This document shows positions 39,293-48,752 of a stretch of DNA of 58,126 nucleotides, in pieces. The notes under the pieces were generated by a model, which did not search any database, was not told the origin of the DNA, and was given only the letters and a program-made list of their open reading frames with translations. The DNA lies in the sequence record SRR31156797_5988; one strand, 5' to 3'. Position 1 is the first letter of the stretch. The number at the start of each line of letters is the position of its first letter. Position numbers and translations under genes: made by a program.

Positions 39293-40630
39293 ATGACCAC
39301 CATTCTGCAATCCTTTGACCCTTTTACAGGAGAACTGCTCGGTGAAGTTGCGGTAACCTCTCCTGCTCAGTTACAGCAAATTGTAGTAGCAGGTCACGCC
39401 GCAGCCAAACAGTGGCAAACTCTTGCTCTAGAAAAGCGTTTACACTATATCCGTTCTGCTTATGCTGCAGTCGAGCCAAAGATGGATGCATTAGCAGAGC
39501 TGCTCAGCCGTGAGATGGGCAAGGACATTCGCCGCTCCACCGGTGAGGTACACGGCACGGTCATGGGGGGGCCATACATTGCAGGATCAGCCCTGCAGGC
39601 TTTACAGCCACAGCACCTTAACGGAACCACCGTAGAATATAGACCTATGGGGACGGTAGCGGTAATCTCCCCCTGGAATTACCCTCTTGCCATGGCCAAC
39701 AACCTTATTATTCCTGCTCTGATTGCAGGAAACAGTGTTATTTGGAAACCCTCTGAAGAAGCGCCACTCGTTGGCCAAGCCTTTTTTGACCTCATAAAAA
39801 AGGAACTCCCACCACATGTTCTTCAACTCATCCAGGGCACAGGTGAACAGGGGCGAATGCTAGTGGAGAGCGATGTGGACATGATTGCCTTCACCGGTTC
39901 CCAGATCGTTGGCAAAGATATTATGCAAAGGGCTGCCAAAGGTCTTAAAAGGCTCGTTATGGAGCTTGGGGGCAACGACCCAATGATCGTGCTAAACGAT
40001 GCCGACCTCGACGCTGCAGCCAGATTTGCAGTGACAAGCAGCTTTGAGAATGCCGGCCAGATGTGTATCTCTACCGAGCGGATATATGTTGATGCCGCAA
40101 TTGCAGATATGTTTGAGCAGCGAGTAGTTGAGTATGCGAAGCACTACAAAGTCGGCCCCTGGAATATGGAAGGAGTAAATATCGGCCCCATTGTCAATAC
40201 CAGGCAGCACCAGAAAATCTCAGAACATATCCAGGAGGCTGTCGAGAAAAATTGCAGGCTGCTCTATGGTTCAGTCGAGCATAAACCACCCTTCATTACC
40301 CCTACAGTGCTTGCTGACTTGACCCAAGAAATGCGTATCATGCGGGAAGAGACATTCGGCCCTGTGGTTTGCATCAACAGGTTCACCAACCTTGACGAGG
40401 CTATCCACCTAGCAAATGATACCAGCTACGGGCTGGGTGCGGTTGTGTTCGGCAAGCAAAATGCGCGTCACGTGGCCGATCAACTTGAGGCCGGAATGAT
40501 CGGTATCAACCAAGGGGTCGGTGGCGGTGGAGACACCCCCTGGGTTGGAGCCAAGCAAAGCGGGTTTGGTTTTCACGGCTCTCCCGAAGGGCATAGACAG
40601 TTTGCCCAGACAAGGGTCGTCAATAGTTAA
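39293..40630 (+). CDS. Aldehyde dehydrogenase family protein
   Basis: ISPWNYP, KPSE, FTGS, catalytic ELGGND and NAGQMC, EETFGPV. Confidence 0.95.
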   Translation: MTTILQSFDPFTGELLGEVAVTSPAQLQQIVVAGHAAAKQWQTLALEKRLHYIRSAYAAVEPKMDALAELLSREMGKDIRRSTGEVHGTVMGGPYIAGSALQALQPQHLNGTTVEYRPMGTVAVISPWNYPLAMANNLIIPALIAGNSVIWKPSEEAPLVGQAFFDLIKKELPPHVLQLIQGTGEQGRMLVESDVDMIAFTGSQIVGKDIMQRAAKGLKRLVMELGGNDPMIVLNDADLDAAARFAVTSSFENAGQMCISTERIYVDAAIADMFEQRVVEYAKHYKVGPWNMEGVNIGPIVNTRQHQKISEHIQEAVEKNCRLLYGSVEHKPPFITPTVLADLTQEMRIMREETFGPVVCINRFTNLDEAIHLANDTSYGLGAVVFGKQNARHVADQLEAGMIGINQGVGGGGDTPWVGAKQSGFGFHGSPEGHRQFAQTRVVNS

Positions 40631-40713
40631 TAAAGAACAATAAATCAAACCCTAAGAATACAAACTTCAAAAAAAAATTAACACTAACATCCCCCGTCTT
40701 TTACTCTTTCTCC

Positions 40714-40749
40714 TGCTTGCAGCAACGTCGATTACTGTTGCTACAAGCA
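40714..40749. terminator. Hairpin downstream of ALDH (possible terminator)
   Basis: TGCTTGCAGCAAC-GTCGATTACT-GTTGCTACAAGCA; no clear U-tract follows. Confidence 0.35.
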
Positions 40750-40957
40750 AGACAACTCAGCCTCGGCTCTATTTCACCTAGCTCACATTAGTTGCTTATC
40801 GATTTCCCTCATATTATCGATACCATTACCAACAGACCGAACTTATTCTTTCCATCTCCCTGCAGCTATCTGTTTCTATTACTGAAAAACAAGTTCATCC
40901 ATAAGGTTTGATAATTGCATGTGCTCTTATGGTGGTCTCTTTTTTTGGGGCTGAACA

Positions 40958-43900
40958 TTGCACTTTTTACAACAACATTCCTTTTTTTTGACGACACCAA
41001 TTCAACACATAGTCAAGAGTGGGTCTAATCCACAGTCTCCCGAACGACAGAATAACGGGCAGAAGGAATATTTTGACTCACTGCTAGACATTGAGCAAGC
41101 CGATGCTGTGATGCGGCAAACGGACCAGTATGCTCATTGGCAGCGAATAAGTCAAAACAATGACTCTCAAGCCAGACGTATTGCTTCATTGGTCTTGGCC
41201 AGGAATGTTATGGTGCAACAGCATTCCCAGGGTAAGGACGTCAATTGGTCTCAATTCAATTCCCTCACGGAAGAACTTCGACAAGTGGGGCTCAAACTAC
41301 CCGTTGCATTTGAGCTCACTGCAACTAAACAGTTTGCAACTCCCAATGAGGGTGTGCAGCAGCCCTCAGGCAATCCCGCCAAAGTGCAGGAGCTGTATCC
41401 GTCAAAGAGCAGCCAATTGATTGCTGAAGAGAATCTCCTCATTTTAGATCTTGTCAACGATGAACTTTGGCTGAATCAAACTATTTTTGCCTATGGCAAT
41501 GAAGAGACATCCCAACTGCCTCTCAGCGAGGTAGCAAAGGCCCTTGATTTTAAGCTGGATGTAGATGGTGGTAAGGCAACGGGTTGGTTTATTTCTGAAG
41601 ATAGAGGCATCAGCTTGGATGCTGCTCAAAAGCTCATTACAATTGATGGCCAAAAATACCCTTGGGACAGTAGCCGCATATCTGTCGGTGACGGCGATAT
41701 TTTTGTCGATAGCCGTTTGCTTGGTGATTGGTTTCCTGTGGATTTTGAGGTGTCGCGCCGAGAGCTTTCGGTGTCGATCAATCCCCGGGAGAAATTACCT
41801 TTACAGCTGCAGTCTGAAAGAGAACAAGAGCGGTTGCGACTGTTGGATCAGGAGGATATGAGCATACGATATGCTCTCACCGAAACGCCATACGAACTTT
41901 TTTCTTTTCCGGTAGTAGATTTTTCTATGTCAGCTGGGGTCGGGTCCGTCAGTGTGGACACTCCAGATTATCAAGCAGGGTATTCGCTGCTGGCAGAGGG
42001 CGACCTGGCATATATGGGAGCAAAAGTTTTCTTTTCAGGCCAGGAAAACAACTACTTACGGGCGGCCCGTGTTCAATTAAACAGGTTGGATCCAGATGCT
42101 GGATTACTGGGTCCCCTCAAAGCACGCCGCATATCGTTTGGCGATATACCAAGTGCTAACCTTCCTGTGCTGCGGCGACCCCAAGAAGAAAGAGGTATCG
42201 GCATATCCAATGCGGATCTCTATCGCAGCAGAGATTTTGACACGACCAGGTTTGAAGGAAACATGCCGCCAGGGTGGGACGTGGAACTGTATCGTAATAA
42301 TACCCTGGTTGAATCATTTCGCATAGGCGGTGACGGCCGCTATGTCTTTGATGACGTACAAGTCTTCTTTGGCATGAACACGTTTAAGATACTTTCATTT
42401 GGCCCTCAGGGCCAGCGCAGAGTCGTCGAGGAAAAGGAGATAAACGTTGGCTCCGGGATGTTTACCAAAGGTGAATTCGAATACGATATATCTGCCACAG
42501 AACGGAAACATACAATACTGGGAATTGATGCAAGCGAGAGCAAAACCAATGACGGTGGCAGATATGTGGGCAAAGTGGGATACGGCCTCACTGATACCGT
42601 GTCAGTCACAGCGGGTGCGCAGAGCGTTGAGTTTGATGATACACGACATAGCTACCTACAAGCAGGAATAAACGGCAGTTTTTCCTCATTTTACGGCCAG
42701 GCAGATTATCTCTATGACACTGCAAGTGGTAGCGGCCTTTCCCTTCAGGGGCAGGGTGCTATTGGACCTGTCAACGTAAAGGCAAGGCATGAATCGTACT
42801 ACGATTTTATCGAAGAAGATCGCCCAAACAGTACACTCGAAGCAAAAAACTATCTGGGGATAAATGGCAGGTTACCAGAAAATGTTCTTTTTCCACCTCT
42901 TTCTTACACACTGTCTGCCGAGAATACAAGAACTGCCAAATATGACTCAGGCAAGGCAACTGCACGGCTTGGCGGCAGATTTGGTCCTGTCAATTTATCC
43001 AATGTACTTAACTGGAACTTCAGCGGCAATGAAAATGAAAGTGGTCGTCTGTTCAACGGCGATTTTCAGGCAAGTGGAAACATTGGTCGTGTTCGCGTTA
43101 ATGGAGGTATTCGCTACGGCCTTGGAGATAATAACCAAATTAGCCAGTATCGTCTATTTGGTACATGGCCGGTCCAACCGAACCTTACTGCCGGAGCAAG
43201 TGTCGTTCAGTATACAGGCGAACAAAAACGTACATCAACCCGGGCCAATCTGAGCTGGGATAGCGGCGACTTTATTCTTTCCCCCAGTGTTTCTTACGAC
43301 ACAGAAGGAGGATTCGGAGGTTTTCTCAAACTGTCATTTTCGCTGGGAAGAGATCCTGTCAGCGAAGATTTGCTCATGGAGTCCAAAAAGAGATCCGGTA
43401 CTGGTGGTGCAAGTGCACTGGTCTATCATGATGCGAACAACAACCGCGTTTTTGATGCCGAAGACACGCCATTACCGGAGGTGAATGTTGTTGCACGGCA
43501 ACCGCGGAAAGCTGCGGTAACCGGAGCTGACGGAGTGGCAAGCATTACCGGTCTGACCGCCTACAATCCAGTTGACGTCGAAATCAATGTAGATACTCTG
43601 GAGGATCCTTTCTGGGAGCCTGCTGTGCCGGGTGTCTCCGTAATGCCTCGAGCAGGTAGTGTAAAAACGCTTGAATTCCCAGTGGTCACCACCGGTGAAA
43701 TAGATGGCACTGTTTATGCTGTTGATTCCAATGGGGTGAGTGAGAACCTCTCAGGTGTTCATCTTGAAATTGTCAATGAAGACGGCAAAATAGTGCAGTC
43801 AACGACTTCTGAATGGGATGGTTTTTATCTCTTTGAGAAGGTTTTCCCAGGAACCTACACTTTACGTTTGAGACCAGGTTCCCAACAGGTTGATACTGAT

Positions 43901-45088
43901 GACAGGGCCATTGAGCTGCAAGTGGTTATAGGGAATGATGGAACCATTGCCAGCGGAAATGATATTGTTTTTCCTTTAAGCCAAAGTAATGATGTTAACG
44001 AATCTTCGACGCCTATAAAAGTACCTTCGACAAATGCAGTTGAGGGGAACACAGTAGATAAGGTGGAAGTTGCAAATATTAAAGAATCTGAGACATCAAT
44101 TCACTTCCGACCGCTGAGAGTTGTTGATGCTACAAAAAACCCAGCTGCCCCTGTGCAAGAGATCGCAGCGATTGAGTCTGAAACTGTCGCAATTGAAAAT
44201 TTAAAGAATGAAACCCTGCAAAGTGAGCGTGTAGTACCCGCAATTGATCATGCTGCATCGATTACTATCCAGCCAATGACAATAGTCGGGAACGATTATC
44301 CCACCCCCATTCCACCAACTCATGCCGGGGCTCCACTCTTGCAGGAAGTTAGAGGAACTACTCAGACTGAGGAAAAGGAAAGGAACATTATTGCTGCATC
44401 TTCAACTGATGTAAGGGGGCAATCGCATCCAGAACGGTCAGTGAATTTAGAGCCTACATTGGTGTCCACTTCTCCGGAATCAACTAACGAGAAGAACAGG
44501 TCAAGAGGTATTGACTTCCAACCAGTTATTCAGCCTTTTGCACCCTTGGGCAGGACTGATTTTATGAACCTGCCCGTTGAAACCCGCAGCAAAGGTCGCC
44601 TTTCAATAGAGCCAACTAAACCATCGGAGAACATTGCTTTCGAAGAAAAGTATAACGAAGGTACCAGCAACAGGACAATCTTTTCAACATCAGAACCGAA
44701 ATTTGAGGTCGAGGAACCCCTGGGAGACTTTACGGTCCATCTTGCTTCCTACCGGACACGGGATGCTGCCCAGACCGGCTTGAAGATTATTGCCAAACGA
44801 CTGAACGATACGGTTTCAACCGACGAATTTGCCATTACAGAGATTGATCTAGGCGAAAAGGGAACTTGGTATAGAGTTGTGTGCGGCCAATTTAAGCAGC
44901 AGGCAGATGCGGACAGTTTCGCAGGGCGGATGCAGGAAAAAACCGAATATGCACGGACCGTAAAGACGGACAGATCCCCGGGGGCAGACATTAGGGTTGC
45001 ACCATTGCAGTTTGAAAAACGTATGCCATCGCCACGTCCACAGGCTTTGGTGGCTGGAAAATACGCCGCTATGCAGCAGAGAAAGTAG
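40958..45088 (+). CDS. Usher-like outer-membrane protein with Ig/carboxypeptidase-regulatory-like domains and a C-terminal SPOR domain
   Basis: Long amphipathic beta-strand region; usher-like GWDVELYRNN...GRYVFDDVQV...GPQGQ; Ig-like VYHDANNNRVFD and GFYLFEKVFPGTY; P/T/S/E-rich linker; SPOR pattern VHLASYRT..AA...WYRVVCGQF..ADA. True start uncertain. Confidence 0.75.
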   Translation: MHFLQQHSFFLTTPIQHIVKSGSNPQSPERQNNGQKEYFDSLLDIEQADAVMRQTDQYAHWQRISQNNDSQARRIASLVLARNVMVQQHSQGKDVNWSQFNSLTEELRQVGLKLPVAFELTATKQFATPNEGVQQPSGNPAKVQELYPSKSSQLIAEENLLILDLVNDELWLNQTIFAYGNEETSQLPLSEVAKALDFKLDVDGGKATGWFISEDRGISLDAAQKLITIDGQKYPWDSSRISVGDGDIFVDSRLLGDWFPVDFEVSRRELSVSINPREKLPLQLQSEREQERLRLLDQEDMSIRYALTETPYELFSFPVVDFSMSAGVGSVSVDTPDYQAGYSLLAEGDLAYMGAKVFFSGQENNYLRAARVQLNRLDPDAGLLGPLKARRISFGDIPSANLPVLRRPQEERGIGISNADLYRSRDFDTTRFEGNMPPGWDVELYRNNTLVESFRIGGDGRYVFDDVQVFFGMNTFKILSFGPQGQRRVVEEKEINVGSGMFTKGEFEYDISATERKHTILGIDASESKTNDGGRYVGKVGYGLTDTVSVTAGAQSVEFDDTRHSYLQAGINGSFSSFYGQADYLYDTASGSGLSLQGQGAIGPVNVKARHESYYDFIEEDRPNSTLEAKNYLGINGRLPENVLFPPLSYTLSAENTRTAKYDSGKATARLGGRFGPVNLSNVLNWNFSGNENESGRLFNGDFQASGNIGRVRVNGGIRYGLGDNNQISQYRLFGTWPVQPNLTAGASVVQYTGEQKRTSTRANLSWDSGDFILSPSVSYDTEGGFGGFLKLSFSLGRDPVSEDLLMESKKRSGTGGASALVYHDANNNRVFDAEDTPLPEVNVVARQPRKAAVTGADGVASITGLTAYNPVDVEINVDTLEDPFWEPAVPGVSVMPRAGSVKTLEFPVVTTGEIDGTVYAVDSNGVSENLSGVHLEIVNEDGKIVQSTTSEWDGFYLFEKVFPGTYTLRLRPGSQQVDTDDRAIELQVVIGNDGTIASGNDIVFPLSQSNDVNESSTPIKVPSTNAVEGNTVDKVEVANIKESETSIHFRPLRVVDATKNPAAPVQEIAAIESETVAIENLKNETLQSERVVPAIDHAASITIQPMTIVGNDYPTPIPPTHAGAPLLQEVRGTTQTEEKERNIIAASSTDVRGQSHPERSVNLEPTLVSTSPESTNEKNRSRGIDFQPVIQPFAPLGRTDFMNLPVETRSKGRLSIEPTKPSENIAFEEKYNEGTSNRTIFSTSEPKFEVEEPLGDFTVHLASYRTRDAAQTGLKIIAKRLNDTVSTDEFAITEIDLGEKGTWYRVVCGQFKQQADADSFAGRMQEKTEYARTVKTDRSPGADIRVAPLQFEKRMPSPRPQALVAGKYAAMQQRK

Positions 45089-45193
45089 TACTCTGGGTGT
45101 TTTTACAACATATCGTTTGAGGCAGTAAGGTGCCCGTATTGGTGCTAATAGAAATCCTTACTTCTGGACACAGAAAACTCACTTTTGAGACAG

Positions 45194-46069
45194 TTAATTC
45201 AGCTGGAAAGTCTTGCTGCGCCCTTTAGCTTTCTTGGCCCGTCTTTTCTTCACACCTGTGCTTGGTTGGAAGTTGACGCGGATTGCTCCTGTTGTAAGTT
45301 CTTTGCGGGTAATGTCTGTAAGCGGGACTGTCACCGTTCGTTCATTTTCCGGCTGGTAGAGTGCAACGGTAAGTAGCCGACCAATTTCCCGGCTGTTGCT
45401 AGAGCTACCGGTTGGAATATAGTGCAGGAATACATTGCCAAATGCAGACAAGTTGCCATTACGCAAGAAGGTGACATCAGCCCCGATACCCGAAGGCGCT
45501 TTGGGATAATCTTTAATAGAGACGGCAAGTGGGGTCACTTCAGCAGGCGGCTCACCATGCTGGATTATCACAGGGATGGTGGAGGAGACAACGAATTCCA
45601 TTTCGAAATTTTTCTTGTCCTCGCTCGGCCCGCTGGGTTTCGGTGTAAAACTCAGACGGGTATGGTACTCCCCCGGTGGCAGGTCTTTTGGCTTGCGCAC
45701 CATAAGCTTCACCACCTGCCTCGTTCCCGGTGCAATGGTCGCTCGGCGAGGAGAAAAACGTATCATGCTCTTAATCATCTTTTCCTGTTCTGTTTCCACC
45801 TCAGGTATATATAGTTTTCCGTTTTTATCCTTACGTCGAGTGGCAAGTTCAACCGCATAGGTTATTGGCTCTTGGGACTGATTGATAACGTGGACACTGA
45901 CGCTGCGCTGGCGATCTGCAAAGATGACCCGAAGCGGGTTAAACATCAGCATCTTTACGGAGGCATAGGCTGGGCTAGAGATTCCAGTAATCAGCAGGCA
46001 GAGGCATAATACAGGAATGAACGATCTGCTCAGCTCACGGTTTCGGTCGCAAGGAAAGGATGAACGCAT
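45194..46069 (-). CDS. Periplasmic fimbrial chaperone (PapD-like)
   Basis: Sec signal (…SPAYA); PLRVIF...V.N; IRFSPRRATIAPGTRQVVKL; LPPGEYHTRL; IPVII; RNGN. Confidence 0.82.
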   Translation of the reverse strand: MRSSFPCDRNRELSRSFIPVLCLCLLITGISSPAYASVKMLMFNPLRVIFADRQRSVSVHVINQSQEPITYAVELATRRKDKNGKLYIPEVETEQEKMIKSMIRFSPRRATIAPGTRQVVKLMVRKPKDLPPGEYHTRLSFTPKPSGPSEDKKNFEMEFVVSSTIPVIIQHGEPPAEVTPLAVSIKDYPKAPSGIGADVTFLRNGNLSAFGNVFLHYIPTGSSSNSREIGRLLTVALYQPENERTVTVPLTDITRKELTTGAIRVNFQPSTGVKKRRAKKAKGRSKTFQLN

Positions 46070-46087
46070 GGACTTGTATGGGAAAAG

Positions 46088-46579
46088 TTAAATGGTATTA
46101 AACTCGATAAAGATGGTACCGGTATAATTGCCATGAATCGTACTTTTAGGCAATACAAGTTTGCCACCAATGCTTATGTCGATGGAATCACCGCTACCGG
46201 AAAGATCAATAATTGTAGCATTGTACTGGGAATTATCACGAATATCACTGATAGTCACCTGGTGGGTGCCATCGGTCAGCTGGACAGATTTGGGGTATAT
46301 AATATCAATTTGTTCAGCGGTATCTGACCTGAGAGTAATTAAACCACTCACAGCCCCATTAACGACGGAACGTTCAGCTCTGGATGATGCAGGGCCGTCT
46401 GAGGCATTGATAGTAATGGTGTCTCCACCGGGATGCAGATCAATGGTACCGAAACTGATGGGGGTGACTCTGGTCACCTCGGCTGCCATTGCAGCAGAGG
46501 TGACCAGAACACACAACAGTAAAAGGGCAGGAACACAACACCTGCACAGATACAGAGATATACGGGTAGTATGTCCCAC
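46088..46579 (-). CDS. DUF4402-type secreted pilin-like protein (minor)
   Basis: Signal peptide (…AAMA), ISFGTI, IGGKLV and C-terminal GNYTGTIFIEFN; GTG start overlaps the upstream TAG. Confidence 0.75.
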   Translation of the reverse strand: MGHTTRISLYLCRCCVPALLLLCVLVTSAAMAAEVTRVTPISFGTIDLHPGGDTITINASDGPASSRAERSVVNGAVSGLITLRSDTAEQIDIIYPKSVQLTDGTHQVTISDIRDNSQYNATIIDLSGSGDSIDISIGGKLVLPKSTIHGNYTGTIFIEFNTI

Positions 46580-47169
46580 TAATTGTAGTCCAGGATAATA
46601 TCCATGCTACCGGTATAGTCGTCGGCATCAGCAGCTGATGATGCAGTGGCAGCTGCAGGAAAAACGGCAGTGCCTCCGATATAAATTATAGTGGGAGTTC
46701 CACCCACATGAGCAATAACGCCACCAGCACCGTCGCCGGAGTTTACTTCCACATTGTTGATCGGAACGGTGGTCGAACCGTCACTGAGCGAGGCTGCACC
46801 ATCGGCAGGGTAGGTGATCGTGATATCAAAGTCAGTACCTAAACTAGATGTGACAGTGATGTTGCCCTCTGTAAAGCCGGCCGTATCAACGCCTGAGCCG
46901 TTAAGTGAACTGATAGTTGGCGTAGAGTTACCTGAACTTCCTGGGTTGCCGGTGTCAGCTGCATTAATGGTGACTTCATCGCCACCGGGAATAAGGTCAG
47001 TATTTCCGAACTCTAAATCTTGTGTTTTAGTTTCAGATATTGAGGAAATAACATCTGCGGTCATGGGTACCGAGACCGTACCGGCCAAAACTGTCGTCCC
47101 TGACAAGGCAATTGCCCCAAGTAATGCGGTCCCGGCAAGGAACGAACTACTTCTCCAAGTTTTAATCAT
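46579..47169 (-). CDS. DUF4402-type secreted pilin-like protein (probable major subunit)
   Basis: ATG 47169 with AAGGA RBS; signal peptide (…TVLA), QDLEFGN, IYIGGTA and C-terminal YTGSMDIILDYN; G/T/S/A-rich. Confidence 0.78.
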   Translation of the reverse strand: MIKTWRSSSFLAGTALLGAIALSGTTVLAGTVSVPMTADVISSISETKTQDLEFGNTDLIPGGDEVTINAADTGNPGSSGNSTPTISSLNGSGVDTAGFTEGNITVTSSLGTDFDITITYPADGAASLSDGSTTVPINNVEVNSGDGAGGVIAHVGGTPTIIYIGGTAVFPAAATASSAADADDYTGSMDIILDYN

Positions 47170-47771
47170 AGTGTATGTCCTTTTTTGGTTGTGGTGGATT
47201 CTTCGCTGCAGAGCAACGCTCCCCCTTTTTTCTGTAGAAAAAACATTCTGTTCTTTCGATTTCATACTTCTTATCGGCTGTTACTTTCAAAAAAGTAATC
47301 ATTTTTTATTTTTTTATTTTTCCTTCTTTTCAAATAGTTACACCTAACAATCAATTATTAAGATCTTCTCGTGTTCAAGTTTTTGAATAAGCCATGCCAG
47401 CCGTTAATAAATGTCCCATCACGGAGCACTAACTATTTCCACCAATTATCAGCCACTTAACAAGTTACAAATCTAAATATTTTACCATCCCGTCCCAATG
47501 TACCCATTTGTTACGTCAATTACACAATGGTTGCTATCTGATTAAAGTCGTTAGCTCTATGCTTTTTAAGCAAAATACGAGCCTATTTACAAAGTATGAA
47601 GTTGCTTGTAGTAAGCTGGGTGAAATAGAATGAGGTTCAGCAGGTAAGAGTAGATCCGAGGTCAGACGAAAAAAAGGAGATTAAATCTTTCACCCAACAG
47701 TCTATTATTTATTATTAATAGCCTCACCAGTAAACAGCCGATAAAAAATAATCTGACTTTTTATCTGTTAT

Positions 47772-48752
47772 CTAAGAACCAAGGGGACAACGATGATGGC
47801 AAGCAACCTTATGCCCACTCTCCAGGTTTTTGAGAACAGGTCGGTCTGTCTGGCAGACAGCAGTAGCTTCCGGACAACGAGGATGAAAGGGACACCCAGA
47901 CGGCGGGTTAATAGGGCTAGGTACATCTCCTTGAAGGATAATGCGTTGTTTTTTTGCCCCGGGCAATGCCTGCGGTGCAGCAGAAAGCAGGGCCTGACTG
48001 TAAGGGTGCTGGGCTCTTGCGTAGAAAGCCTTTTTATCTGCAGTCTCAACCAGTCTACCGAGATACATGACAGCTACCCTGTCGCAAATGTGTTCTACTA
48101 CGGACAGGTCATGGGAAATGAAAATATAGGTAAGCCCGAACTGGGTACGCAGGTCCTGAAGCAGGTTAATGACTTGGGCCTGAATGGAAACATCTAGAGC
48201 TGAAACTGGTTCATCAGCAAGAATAAGCTGAGGCTGCAGAGCCAAAGCACGGGCTATGACAATGCGCTGTCGCTGGCCTCCTGAAAACTCGTGCGGATAT
48301 CTCCTGGCCTGTCCTGGCCGCAACCCCACCACGTTCATCAGCCATTGCACCCTCTCCTGGCGCTCTTTCTTTGTTCCTTGCTGGTGAATAGCCAACGGCT
48401 CACCAATAATATCGCCTACCTTTTGCCGCGGATTAAGCGCAGAGTACGGATCCTGGTAGATAATCTGTGCCTGACGGCGAAACTCCTTGAGTTCACCGCC
48501 TTGTAATGAACACAGGTCTTGACCCTCAAATTTGACCTTTCCCGTAGTGGGTTCCTCTAACCGAAGCAACGTTCTTCCCAGGCTTGATTTACCACAACCA
48601 GATTCTCCTACCAGACCAAACACCTCGCCGGCACGAACCGATAAGCTCACCCCATCTACAGCATGCACCACCCTCTTACGGGAACCAAAGCCTGAACTTT
48701 GCACTGGATAGTATTTGCATACGTCCTCGGCTTTAAGAATGATGCTGTTCAT
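47772..48752 (-). CDS. dppF: Dipeptide/oligopeptide ABC transporter ATP-binding subunit
   Basis: [34 protein letters not shown] and Cys-rich C-terminus; start at ATG 48752, coupled to dppD. Confidence 0.92.
   Translation of the reverse strand: MNSIILKAEDVCKYYPVQSSGFGSRKRVVHAVDGVSLSVRAGEVFGLVGESGCGKSSLGRTLLRLEEPTTGKVKFEGQDLCSLQGGELKEFRRQAQIIYQDPYSALNPRQKVGDIIGEPLAIHQQGTKKERQERVQWLMNVVGLRPGQARRYPHEFSGGQRQRIVIARALALQPQLILADEPVSALDVSIQAQVINLLQDLRTQFGLTYIFISHDLSVVEHICDRVAVMYLGRLVETADKKAFYARAQHPYSQALLSAAPQALPGAKKQRIILQGDVPSPINPPSGCPFHPRCPEATAVCQTDRPVLKNLESGHKVACHHRCPLGS

Noticed and set aside
40919-40957. In-frame ATG...TGA upstream of the usher ORF as selenocysteine read-through
   Set aside because: No SECIS-like hairpin after the TGA, no redox motif, and the extension is not a signal peptide.
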